Shown here: one piece after another, positions 1-17,030 of the stretch
Layout: every line of letters starts with the position of its first letter
Numbering within the stretch: position 1 is the first letter of the stretch
Assembly (NCBI RefSeq): GCF_016433145.1
Contig: NC_058131.1
Span: forward strand, 289,046,962-289,110,899
Direction: 5' to 3'
DNA: 63,938 nt
From: Gracilinanus agilis
Lineage: Eukaryota
Notes under the pieces: model-generated
Seen by the model: only the letters and a program-made list of their open reading frames with translations
The model's database searches: none
What the model was told of the DNA's origin: nothing
Position numbers and translations under genes: made by a program

Positions 1-414
1 GAAAGAATGCTTATAGTTTCTCTGCTTCACACCAGAAAGCAGAACTAGAAATAAATAGTGGGAAGATGCACAGAGACTAGTTTCTGCTGGATAAAAAAAA
101 AAACTTTTCATTTATCCGAAAGAGGAATGGAAGATAGCTTTAAAAGACAGTGGTTCCTCCTTATAGATTCTAAGGCAGAAGAGCAGTAAGGACTAGGCAA
201 TGGGGGTTAAATGACTTGCCCAGGCTCACACAGCTAGAAAGTGACTGAGGCCACATTTGAACCCAGGACCTCCCATCTCTAGGTCTGTCTCAATGAGTCA
301 ACAAAACATAGTAGAATGAAGTTAGGTTCAAATCCCAGCTCTGTTCCTTCTGAGCCATCCAGCTGACCCTGTACTTTGCATAATTTAAAGCACTATATAA
401 AGTTAGCTATTATT

Positions 415-2370
415 TTTTAATCTTAAGTTTATTTAATTAATTAATTTAGAATATTTTTCCATGGTTACATGACTCATGTTCTTTCCTTCCCTTCCTCCCA
501 CCCCACTCCCATAGCCAATGAGCAATTCCACTGGGTTTTGCATGTGTCATTGATCAAGACCTATTTCCATATTATTAATATTTGCACTAAGATGATCATT
601 TAGAGTCTACATCCCTAAACATATCCCCATCGACCCATGTGATCAAGCAGTTATTTTTCTTCTGTATTTATGTTCCCACAGTTCTTTCTCTGGATGTGGA
701 TAACGTTCTTTCTCATAAGTCCCCCAGGATTGTCCTGGGTCATTGCATTGCTGCTAGTAGAGAAATCCATTACATTTGATTGTGCCACAGTGTATCCGTT
801 TCTGTGTATAATGTTCTCCTGGTTCTGCTCCTTTCATGCTGCATCAATTCCTGGAGGTCGTTCCAGTTCACATGGAATTCCTCCAGTTCATTATTCCTTT
901 GAGCACAATAGTATTCCATCCAACAGATACCACAATTTGTTCAGCCATTCCCCAATCGAAGGACATCCCCTCATTTTTCAATTTTTTGCCACCACAAAGA
1001 ATGTGGCTATAAATATTTTTGTACAAGTCTTTTTCCTTATTATCTCTTTGTGGTACAAACCAAGCAGTGGTATGACTGGATCAAAGGGCAGACAGTCTGG
1101 TTGAATCAATTCGCAACTCCACCAGCTGTGCACATGAATATCCCAATTTTGCCTCATCCCCTTCAACATTTATTACTTTCCTTTGCTGTCATATTAGCCA
1201 ATCTGCTAAGAGTGAGGTGGTATCTCAGAGTTGTTTTGATTTGCATTTCTCTGATTATAAGAGATTTAAAACACTTTTCATGTGCTTATTGTTAGTTTTT
1301 ATTTCTTTATCTGAAAATTTCCTGTTCATGTCCCTTGCCCATCTATCAGTTGGGGAATGGCTTGATTTTTTGTACAATTGATTTAGCTCCTTATAAATGT
1401 GAGTAATTAGACCTTTGTCAGAGGTTTTTGCTATAAAGATTTTTTTCCCCAATTTGTTGCCTTCCTTCTAATATTGGTTACATTGGTTTTGTTTGTACAA
1501 AACCTTTTTAATTTAATGTAATAAAAATTGCATTTTGTAATATTCTCTATCTCTTGCTTAGTCTTAAAATCTTTCCTTTCCCATAGATCTGACAGGTAAA
1601 CTATTCTATGTTCACCTAATTCAGTTATAGTTTCCTTCTTTATATTTAAGTCATTCACCCATTCTGAAATTTATCTTGGTGTAGGGTGTGAGATGATCTA
1701 AACCTAATCTCTTCCATACTGTTTTCCAATTTTCCCAGCAGTTTTTGTCAAATAGTGGGTTTTTGTCTCAAAAGCTGGGATCTTTGGGTTTATTATACAC
1801 TGTCTTGCTGATGTCACTTACCCCAAGTCTATTCCACTGATCCTTTTATCTCTTAGCCAGTATCATATTTTTTTATTTTATTTTTTTAAATTTTCCATGG
1901 TTACATGATTCATATTTTTACTTTCCCCTTCACACCCCATACCCAATGCACATTTCCACTGGTTCAGTACCATATTGGTTTGATGATCACTGCTTTATAG
2001 TACAATTTAATATCTGGTACTGCTAGGCCACCTTCCTTCACATTTTTTTCATTATTTCCCTTAATATTCTTGATCTTTTGTTCTTCCAAATGAAGTTTTT
2101 CTAATTCAGTAAAAAAAGTTTCTTGGTAGTTTGATAGGTATGGCACTGAATAAGTAGAGTAATTTGGGTAGAATGGTCATTTTTATTATGTTAGCTTATC
2201 CTACCCATAAGCAATTAATGTTTTTTCAATTGTTTAGATCTAGTTTTAGTTATGTGTAAAGTGTTTTGTATTTGTGTTCATATAATTCCTGTGTTTGTCT
2301 TGGCAAATAGATTCCTAAATATTTTATATTGTCTAGGGTGATTTTAAATGGAATTTCTCTTTCTAATAAA
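415..2370 (-). mobile_element. L1 LINE 3' fragment (ORF2 C-terminus + 3' UTR) in PLTP intron 3
   Basis: Minus-strand degenerate ORF2 peptides DPVIPLLGLY..KTCTKIFIATFFVVAKN and GGLAVPDIKLYYKAVIIKPIWY; T-rich tail at the low-coordinate end. Confidence 0.88.
1870..1964 (-). mobile_element. Very short L1 3'-end insertion nested in the older L1
   Basis: Repeats the L1 3' terminus seen near 450-540 (ttttccatggttacatga...ttccactgg). Flanked by 12-bp TSD cagtatcatatt (1858-1869) / cagtaccatatt (1965-1976). Confidence 0.75.
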
Positions 2371-3035
2371 GTTAGCTATTATTATTTGTTCCAGTAGAGG
2401 CTGGATAATCTCTTCTCAGGGATGTTGTAGATGGGATTCCTTTTCAGAGTGGGTTAGACTAGAGGATTTCTGAGATCCTTTCCAGTTCTGAGATTCTATG
2501 CCTCAGTTTCTTCTCCTGTAAAATAAGGTAGCTAAGGTCCCCTACAATTCTGGCATCTTATGTATGGTGTAGGAGACCTTCCCTGGGAAAGCTAGATCTT
2601 CGAAGCCTGGGCTGAATGAGTGGTGAGGGGACCCTGCTCTCATCATGCTCACAGGGACAGAGAAAAGAGCAATCCGAAGTTGTTTTTATTAATCAATCAT
2701 ATCTGACTTTTTAAGACCCCCCATTCGGAGTCTTTTTGGCTGAGATACTGGAGGAGTTGGTCATTTTCTTTTCCAGCTCATTTGACAGATGAGGAAACTG
2801 AGACAAACAGGGTTACTTGCCCAGGGCCACATAGCTAGGAAGTGTCTGAGGTTGGATTTGAACTGAGGGCCTCCTGACTCCAGGTTCTAAGCTCTATCTA
2901 CTGGGCCACCTAGCTGCCCCACTTCACAGTTACTGGGGATTAGTTCAGCTTTTCTGCTAAGAAAACTTAGCTCTGAATGGGGTTTCAGGCTGGGGTTGCC
3001 TAGGTCTGAGCCTCCCATGTTTTTTGTCCCTCTAG

Positions 3036-6000
3036 GGTGAAGGTGACCGAACTGCAGCTAGTCCAGTCAGAACTGTACTTCCAGCCTGCCCATGATTTGA
3101 TCTTGAACATCAGCAATGCCTCCATCAGCCTTCGCTTCCGGAGACAGCTGCTCTACTGGTTCCTGTAAGGGCAGGGGTGAGGGCTGGGATGAGGATGGGC
3201 ACAGGGCTGAGGGGGGAAGGGATGCCCAGCAGGGAGGATAGGCAGAGTAGAGCCCCTCCTTTGCACCCCATCTCTTAAAGGCAGCCAGAGTGGTTAGAGC
3301 TCTGTGCCTGGAGTCAGGAAGAGCTGTGTGACCCTGGACAAGTCACTTAACCTCTGTTTGCCTTAGTTTCTTCAAATAAAATGAGAATAATACTAACACT
3401 ATGTCCCAGGGTGGTGGTAAGGATCACATGAGATGATATTTGTTAAGTGCCTGGCACAAGTAGGCTCTAGGAATATTTATTTCCTTCTTGACTTTCACCT
3501 GTTGGCAGGTACGATGGGGGCTTTGTGGATGCTTCGGCAGAAGGGGTGTCCATCCATACCGCCCTGCAGCTGGCCAGAGACCCTGGCGGGCGAATTAAGG
3601 TTTCCAATGTCTCGTGCGGGGCTTCTGTCTCCAAGATGCAAGCTGCCTTTGGAGGGACCTTCAAGTGAGGCCTTCTCCTGGGCCCCAGAATCCCATTCCT
3701 CTGATGGCTGTCCCCCATCCTGGAGTGCCCTTCTCCCAATCAGGATGGGGGAAGAGCCTTCCCCAGCCTGCAGGATAGTTCGCTGTCCCAGGTGCTGGGC
3801 GTAAAGGGGCTGCCTTTAGCTTACGCCCAAGAGTGAGTGGGGAAGAGGGTGGTTGGTGCTAGACTATGTTCCTGGCCCCTGAGATAGAACGAATGAGACA
3901 CGTTCTCTGTCCCATACAATTTGCTTTCTGCTGATGAACACAGTTATTCAGCAAGGTAGCATGCAATAAAGATGTGAAGTTTCCCAGGAGTACAGAAAAG
4001 GGAGATATCCCTTCTAGCTGGTGGGTGGGGATCAGGGAAGGCTTCATGGATGAGCTGATACTGGGACCAGGCCTTGAAGGTAGGACTGACAGGTGGAGAT
4101 GGGAGAGGGCATTTGTAGACAGTGAACTTTGTGGCAAAGGGGTTGGGGTTGGGTTTGTTTGGGGTTTGGGGAAGGATCTGGTTGGAAAGGGGAAGAGTGG
4201 GAGACAAGAATGGGGAAGTAGAAGTTTGGGCCAGGTTGTGGAGGCCCTTGAATGCCAGGCTGCCCAGGTCTCATTTCCATCCCCTCAGGACTACTCCTTT
4301 CCCCTCTTCACACCTATTCTTCACTGTTCCCAGATTCCACTGGGATACAGATGTTGAGGGTGAGAAGGAAATGTGTCTGGAACCTTGCCTCCCCCACCTC
4401 CTCTCGGGTTTGGCCCTGCCTGGGTATCTGGTTTAGCATCAAACTTATCCCTTCCTATACTCTAGATTCCTCTAATCGATCCCCTCCGTGCCTGAAAGGG
4501 GGGATACCAGGCTGGGCTGGGGCTGACAGGGCTGGTCCCCATTCCTTCCCCTCTCCCTGCAGGAAGGTCTACGATTTCCTCTCTTCTTTCATCATCTCAG
4601 GCATGCGTTTCCTTCTCAACCAACAGGTGATGCTGGGCTCAGGGGCAGGTCTGGGAAGGACCAGATGGCGGGGCATAACAGGGATGGGAGCCTGAGGGAT
4701 GGCTGAAGTAGGTAGGAATATGGGAAAGGGGATCATGTGCTGATGCTCATCTATTTTGATCCTCAGATCTGTCCCGTACTGCACCATGCAGGGCTGGTCC
4801 TGCTCAATTCCCTTCTGGACACGGTCCCTGGTGAGTCTTGAAAGCAGGAGGTTGGGATGTATCTGCTTTCTCCTCCTCCTGTCCTCTGTTCCACCCACCC
4901 CACATAGCCCTGTTGGGGATGAGAAGCCATCAGGAGGCTTCGGAGTCTGTTCAGAAGTTTAGCAAACACTTCATTATCTCCAACACTCCCCAAGATGAGG
5001 AAACATGGTGAAGTGGGAAGAGCATTTGAGGGAGATGGGGGAGAAAGCTCCATTACAGGAGTGCTGTATCTTTGCTTAAGCATTTTTCTGTTAATGAGGT
5101 TTTTATTGTGTCGTTTCAGTCAAGTCTAATGCTTTGTGATCCCACGTATGTTTTTTTTTTAAACCCTTAACTTCTGCGTATTGGCTTATAGGTGAAAGAG
5201 TGGTAAGGGTGGGCAATGGGGGGTCAAGTGACTTGCCCAGGGTCACACAGCTGGGAAGTGTCTGAGGTCAGATTTGAACCCAGGACCTCCTGTCTCTAGG
5301 CCTGACTCTCAATCCACTGAGCTACCCAGCTGCCCCCAAGTATGGTTTTCTTAGCAAATAGACTAGAGCAGGTTACCGTTTCCTTTTCCAGCTCATTTTA
5401 AAAAGGAGGGATCTGAAGCAAACATGGTAAAGTGACTTGCTCAGGGTCATGCAGCTAGTGTCTGAGGCCAGTTTTGAATTCAGGAAGAAGATGAGTTTTC
5501 CTGATGCCAGGCATGGCACTCCATCCATAGCACCATATAGCTGCCATGTTACAGTTATCATTAGTGTTGCATCTCAATTAGCCAGTGAGCAGCAACTGCC
5601 TTGTTTATTGTCTGATTTACAGGCTCTGAGCAGTTCTTGGCCCTCTACAAATACTCGGCCACTTATTGGCATTGCTAGGAGAGAGGGCACAAAATCTCAA
5701 GGCTCTGGGAATCAATTTAGTTTGTCTTTTCCTTGAGCATCTCTGTGCCACCTGCTGAGCAGAAATGAGATCTCAGCTTCCACGGTGGCCCTTCCCTGTG
5801 GCCTGTCACAGTCTCCCTCCAGCAGGTATCCAGAGCACCTGTTTGTTTGTCTCTCTATAACCTGTGACTTGCAGGCACACTTTAGAGACTACAAAGCACT
5901 GTACACGGATGTTATCATCTGAGCCACACAACAGCCTTATGGCTAGGCATTACTGGTCCTAGCTGACATGGTACTTCAGAGTTCTCAAAATGCTTGACTT

Positions 6001-9000
6001 TTCCCCCCTCGATTTTGAGCTGGAAGAAACCATTAAGGTCATTTATTCTAATTTCCTCATTTGACAGAGGGAGGAACAGAGACCCGGGGAGGTTAAGTTG
6101 CCTGTTCTAAGTTCACAGGAGATGGTAAACGATTGAGTCAGAACTTGAATCTGTGGTCCTTGGATTCCAGACCCAATTCTCTACACGTTATATCACGCTG
6201 CCTCTTTACATTATCTCACTTGACTCTCACCCTGGGAGGTAGGTGCTATTATTAGAGTTCCCAATTTATAGATGGGCAGCTAGGTGGCACGATGAAAAGA
6301 GAGCAAGGCCTGGAGTCGGGAAGACTCATCTTGCTGAGTTCACATCTGGCCTGAGTCATTTACCAGCTGTGTGGCTCTGGGTAAGTTACTTAACTCTGCC
6401 TCCGTTTCATCATTTGTCAAATGAATTGGAGAAGGAACTTGAGTCAGTGTGGTAAAGAGAAAAAGAAGTTCCAGGGGCAGCTAGATGGCTCAGTGGATTG
6501 AGAATCAGACTGAATGATGGGAGGTCCTGGGTTCAAATGTGACCTCAGACACTTTCTAGCTGTCTGACCCTGGACAAGTCACTTAGCCCCCATTGCCTAC
6601 TCTTACTGCACTTCTGCCTTAGAACCAATACACAGTATTGATTCTAAAAGAGAAAGGAAGGATTTTTTTTTTTAAAAAGGGCCAGGTCAGAGCCCCGGTT
6701 CTTCAATTCCCTAATCTGTGGGATATTGAGTGGGTCATTCAAGGACTCTCTTGCTCAATTTCCTTTCTCTAAAATGAGAAATTTTATAAATTTTTTTAAA
6801 TAAATGTTTTAGCATATTTATGCTTATTTTATAAATTGTTATTATATAAAATTATAAATTTTATAAAATTACACTTCCTCTACTTGTCATGGAATGTGGT
6901 CATAAGGAAAGTATTTTGTAAACTGAATTGACTTGTTGAATAAGGTCAATGATAGGCCTTCTTTATGGAATAGCAGCTCTCCCTGACTAGAATGATCCCA
7001 GAACACATTGAACATAGCATCTAGAGCAGGCAGGGACTCCCACCTTTCCGTCCCAGTTCCCTTATTTTATAGATTAGGAAACCGAGGCCCAAAGGGGTGT
7101 CACATGCCCAGGATCCTACACAGGCTGGAAGGAAGGAGTGGAGGTGGACAGCAGATTTAGACCCAGGGCTACTGAGTGACTGCAAACCCCTGCTGTAGCC
7201 AAAGATAAGTTCAAGTGTTATCCTCAGTTTTATAGTTAAGGAAACTGAGGTAAGTCCAGACTGGAGATATGACTACCCAAGACCACATTAAATGACAGAG
7301 AGAAAATTGGAACTCGGGTCTTAAGTAGATAATTCATTTCTCTTCAGACTTCACATCCCAGTTCTGGCCCCTACATGGCTGGAAGGGCCTCCCAGTAAGC
7401 ATGATTCTATACAGCCTGCCTCATTACAAGTCAGTGAGTTGGGGGACAGCCAGATGGTTGAATGGGTAGAGCCAGACCTGGAGTTCAAATCGGGCTTCCC
7501 ACACTTCCTAGCTGTGGGACCCTGGGCAAGTCATTTAACCCTGATTGTCTAGCCCTTACTGCTCTTCTGCCTTGGAACCCTTATACAGTATTGATTCTAA
7601 CAGGGGTCGATTTAGTTGTTGAACTAAGTGATATAAACCTAACTTCCTCTATAGTGCGAAGTGCCGTGGACAAGCATGTTGGCATTGACTATTCCCTCCT
7701 GAGTGATCCAGTGACCTCAATGGGCAATCTGGATATGGACTTCCGGGTGAGTGCCTGGCTTGGGCCCGGGGGTGAGGGCTGACTCTTGACCCCACCCAGG
7801 TATTCCCTCACTAAAATATTCCTCTGAGAGGTTCAGGCTGGAGATGCCTTGATCCCTGACCTTCCTGCTCCTATCTCTCAGGGAGCCTTCTTCCCTCTGG
7901 CAGAGACCAACACCAGCTTCCCCAACCGGGCAGTGGAGCCTCAGTTGCAAGAAGAGGATAGAATGGTCTATGTGGCCTTCTCAGAGTACTTCTTTGACTC
8001 TGCCATGGAGAGTTACTTTCAGGCGGGTGTGCTTCGGTTGGAGCTCGTTGGGGACAAGGTGAGATAATGTGGGGGTGGGAGGATGGTTTGGAGGTGTCCC
8101 CAACCAGTGGTACCGACTCAAGGATAGGCTGGGGACAGCCTGGGGGGGAAGGGGGTAGGACACAGTGTGATGGAGGAAATGCAGGTGGAAGAATCTTTCT
8201 GCTTTGTAAAGTGGTGAACTCCCTGTCACTGAAAGTATTTAAAAGAAAAAATTTCAGGGGCAGAAGACTGGCCTAGTTGACTCCTCAAATCTTATCTGCA
8301 GCTTCTTCTTCCACCCTATATATCCCTCTTTTTTTCTTTCTTGGCTCAGGTGCCAAAAGACCTGGACATGGTACTGAGAGCCACTTTCTTCGGGAGCATC
8401 GTCTTGTTGGTGAGAGGGATGGGAGGAAGGACTTGGATGTGTGATGGAGCCTGGTTGTATTGAAGGGGGGAGAATTCACTCTGAAAAGGGAGGGGAACAT
8501 AACAATGTTTCCCTATATGTTTTAAGTATACACTCCAAACTTATGGAGTGTGTGTGCCCCAGTTGAAGAGGCTCCAGAGGATTCTGAGCTTCATCTCTAG
8601 ATGGATAAAGTAAGAGCCCAGGATTTGGAGTTGGAAGACCCAGAGTTTGAATTCTGGTTCTATTGCTTACTGTGTGACTTTGGACAAGTCTCTGGCCCCA
8701 GCTTCTTTAACTATATAAAATAACAGAGGCCCCTTTTAACTGTACAGCATAAGTATGCTTGATTTTAGCACACAGAAGAGATATTTCAAAGATTTGTTAT
8801 TTAATGTGGGTACTCCCTCCACCAATGCAAAATGTAACCCTCTTATCACAAAATAAATTCTCTTCAAGAATTTCTGGGGCCAAAAAATACTGGCATCAGG
8901 GCGATAAACCTCCCCGGTTAGCCAGTTTGGTCTTTGGAAAACACACAATCTATCACTGGGCCACACAAGAAGCCTTTTCCCCTGAAGAAGCCAGCACTTT

Positions 9001-11216
9001 GCTGACCTAGCCCTTGAGAACCAAGAGGCACTTCCATAATGCCATATATACATCTGGCTTCTGGCCTTAGCATTCACGAGAAACTGCTTGCTCCAGTTAC
9101 CAATGTTCTCTTCATCACCAGATCTCTTTTTGTCTTTTCTTTTTTAAACCTCTACCTTCTGCGGGAGGCCTTTCTCTCACCCACACCCTGATCCTTTCTC
9201 TTTAGTGCCTTCTCTTTAAATTACTTTTCATTTATATTTATCATGTATGTCTATACTTACTTGCATCATCTCCTCCATTAGAATGTGAGTTCCAGGAGGG
9301 CAAGGACCATGTTTCTTTGTATCCTAAGTGCCTGGCCCATAGTACTTAATGCTTGTTGACTGACAGGCCTTGACAATGATAAAGGATAGCAAACAGCAGA
9401 CAGGGAATTAGGCCTCACTGATTGAACCTCCTCCTGTTGTTGCCCCAGCCTCTTAAATGGCCTTGCCCAGGGGCTGCCAGCCAAACAATTCATTTTCATA
9501 ATTTCTGAAACTATAATACATCCATAGACCCTAAAGCTGTAAGGGACCTTAGTAATCATCTAGTTCGCTCCCCTCGTCTTACCGAGGGGGAAACAGATGG
9601 GGAATTCAGTGTCTTGTCTGAAGTCCCAAAGGTAATGATAACAGCCAGAATTTGAACCCAGGGTGTCTAGTTCCAGATTGCTCCACTTCTTTCCATTACA
9701 CTGTTCTGTCCTTCCTACTGAGGCCAGCCTCAGCATGTCTCCCCTTCTTTCTTTGAAGAGTCCTGCAGTGATAGATGCACCCCTAAAGCTGGAGCTACAG
9801 GTCCTTGCACCACCTCGATGTACCATCAAACCTTCAGGCACCACCATCTCCGTCACCGCTAGCCTTGTCATTGCCCTGGCACCACCTGACCAGCCAGAAG
9901 TGCAGCTCTCCAGCATGACCATGGTTCGATGACAAGAGAGGGTTGGGGAAGTCCTGCCAAGGGGTGGGAGGTAGCCGATCTCAAACATCACTGCCCCTTC
10001 CTTTCCTTCAGGATGCCCGTCTCAGTGCAAAAATGTCTCTTCGAGGGAAGGCACTTCAGGCTCAGATGGACTTACGCAGGTACCAGGGTTGAGGGACTGG
10101 GTGCTGAGAGGAAGCACCAGCCCCACAGTGCAAGACCTAGGGTTTTCTTCCCTGGTTTTCCATAGGTTTCGCATCTATTCAAACCAGTCTGCTTTGGAGT
10201 CCCTGGCAGTGAGTAGTGGGAAACTGGACAGAGAAAGCAGCTGGGGAGAGGGAAGCCACTGTGGGGTGGGCATGGGGGCAGCGCGCCTACCAGAAACTTG
10301 TCCCTCACTTCTTCTCGTCCTCATCCCAGCTGATTCCACTGCAAGCACCCCTGAAGACACTGCTACAGATTGCAGTGATGCCCCTGCTCAATGGTAAGCC
10401 ATCCCTCTCAGGGAGGAGGATGGGATGAGGGAGTTGCTCAGTTGGGGAAAAGGAGTCCCAGACTGAGCAAATCACAGAATTAGAACATGAAGAGTTGGAA
10501 GGGAACTCGGAAGTCATCCGGAGCAACCCATACCTGATAGGAATGGCCTTTACAACATTGAGCGATCATCTAAACCTCAACCGAAGGCTAGTAAGAGAAG
10601 AACTCACTAAGTGATTGAGGAACTTCCTCATTTTCCAGAAGGGCCAGAGAATGTAAGTGCCTTGAAGGCACAGAGCCAGTAAATGGCTTACTCACTTTCC
10701 CAGCCCAGTGTTTTCACTTTAAAAGCCTCCCTTCCAGTTTCCACATCATCTCTGAAAATTTAGGAGGAGCAGAGACCCCCATCCAGCCTCCATTTCCTGG
10801 GGCACCCCATCTATCAGAGAAAAGCTCGGGTGTGGGACTGAGCTGGCATCTCTGCCTCCCTCCACTGGTTCTAGCTATCCTTTGGTGCCAAGCAAGAGTC
10901 TGTTCCCTTGCTTTCTTTTCCTGCAGACCGAACCAGGCGTGGGGTGCAGATACCACTCCCTGAGGGCATCGACTTTGTCAAAGAGGTGGTGACCAACCAG
11001 GCTGTGAGTGAGGGGTATACAGAGTGCTGGGGAAGAGGGAGAACTTTGGGGGCATCTTCTCAAGTATTCTCTCCCTGTGAACCCTAGGGATTCCTGACTA
11101 TTGGGGCTGATCTCCACTTCACTAAGGGACTTCGAGAGGTGATTGAAAAGAACCGGCCAGCTGGTGACCTTGGACCCACTTCCTTTCCCCCTCAACTTGC
11201 TACCCCTACCTCCTGA
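3036..11216 (+). CDS. PLTP: Phospholipid transfer protein, 5'-partial (exons 4-16; earlier exons lie before the window)
   Basis: Exons 3036-3164, 3509-3664, 4563-4626, 4767-4830, 7655-7746, 7882-8058, 8350-8409, 9759-9923, 10012-10079, 10166-10208, 10330-10393, 10927-11003, 11088-11216 (TGA). All are AG/GT bounded and in frame (1288 nt). Translation VKVTELQL...RRQLLYWFLYDGG...KVYDFLSSFIISGMRFLLNQQICPVL...VEPQLQEEDRMVYVAFSEYFFDSAMESYF...GFLTIGADLHFTKGLREVIEKNRP matches PLTP (BPI/LBP/CETP family). Confidence 0.97.
5151..5337 (-). mobile_element. Marsupial CORE SINE (SINE-1/2_MD-like, short-tail variant)
   Basis: Near-consensus full-length copy (GGGGCAGCTGGGTAGCTCAGTGGATTGAGAG... on minus) with poly-A tail. 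Confidence 0.85.
6474..6678 (+). mobile_element. Marsupial CORE SINE
   Basis: ggggcagctagatggctcagtggattgag...ggttcaaat...gtcacttagcccccattgcc...aaccaatacacagtattgattc pattern. Confidence 0.8.
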
Positions 11217-11301
11217 ACAGGCTTCTAGGAGGCTGTCATTCATCCACACAAGTCCAGTCTTTCATTAATGGAAGTTCAACCTTCCTTTTCTCCACCCCAT
11301 C

Positions 11302-11307
11302 AATAAA
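11302..11307 (+). terminator. PLTP poly(A) signal AATAAA
   Basis: First AATAAA after the PLTP stop (85 nt downstream). Confidence 0.75.
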
Positions 11308-11359
11308 GTTCTTCCTATCCCCAGTCAGGACTCAGAGACAGAATTTGGGCTGTGGACCA

Positions 11360-11365
11360 TTTATT
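11360..11365 (-). terminator. CTSA poly(A) signal AATAAA
   Basis: TTTATT on + strand; first canonical signal in the CTSA 3' UTR, about 435 nt after the stop. Confidence 0.7.
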
Positions 11366-11800
11366 CCCATAATCACATCCAAGCCCTGCCCTTTTCTCCC
11401 CTCCCCACCCTCCAATTCCTATAGAGGTGACATGTGCATAGTCCTGAGCTCAACTTTGGGTAGGGGAACAGTGCATGGTGAGCGGTGGGCATGCAGGTGG
11501 TGCCACAGTATGCCACCCCCAGAAAGGTCTACTCTAAGGAATAAACCAGTGTCTACTCACCCCCTCAAATTGCTTGAATTAATCCTTCTACTCAAAACTC
11601 TAAGTCCACCTGGGAAATTTGGTATGATTTGAATCCCCACCCCTGTAAGTACAGGGCCTGACACTGGCCAAACAAGGGACTCCCTTTGGCCAAAGAGAGT
11701 GTCTTAAGCCAAGCAGGCCTAGGCCTCATCTCCAGGCAGGAAGCAGGGGCTGCTGGCTGACTGGCTCTCATTTGTCGCCCACTGTAAGGCAAGATAGAGC

Positions 11801-16787
<4,987 letters not shown>

Positions 16788-16946
16788 CTGCCGAGAGATG
16801 GGCTGTTTACCCGCCGATACTTCCTCTTTCCGGAGGTGCCGGCAGCGCTAGAGGAATCAAGTTCGCCCTCCCTCCCATCCCCCGACCCCCGGCGTAGGTG
16901 CAAGGAGAGAGGAGTTAGGCCCCGCCCTGCGATCCCAGGTGCTCAC

Positions 16947-17030
16947 CTTGCAGTCTGCGTCCGTCTGTCCAGCTGCTGTCTCGGGGATCTAGGTGAAAGC
17001 TGGCTGTCACGTGAGCTCAAGATCACGTGA
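16947..17030 (-). other. CTSA: CTSA non-coding exon 1 (5' end approximate)
   Basis: Strong donor CAAG|GTGAGC at 16947/16946. The CTSA ATG sits directly after the acceptor (CAG|ATG at 16787), so an upstream exon is required. Confidence 0.7.

Noticed and set aside
670-1104. 144-aa plus-strand ORF (and a similar ORF at 40417-40774 on minus)
   Set aside because: Both are antisense readings of the L1 3' region; they resemble each other because both come from L1.
1-3035. Search for PLTP exons 1-3
   Set aside because: No MALFGA or VKQEGLRFL-type coding found; the region is SINE/L1/MIR-filled intron.
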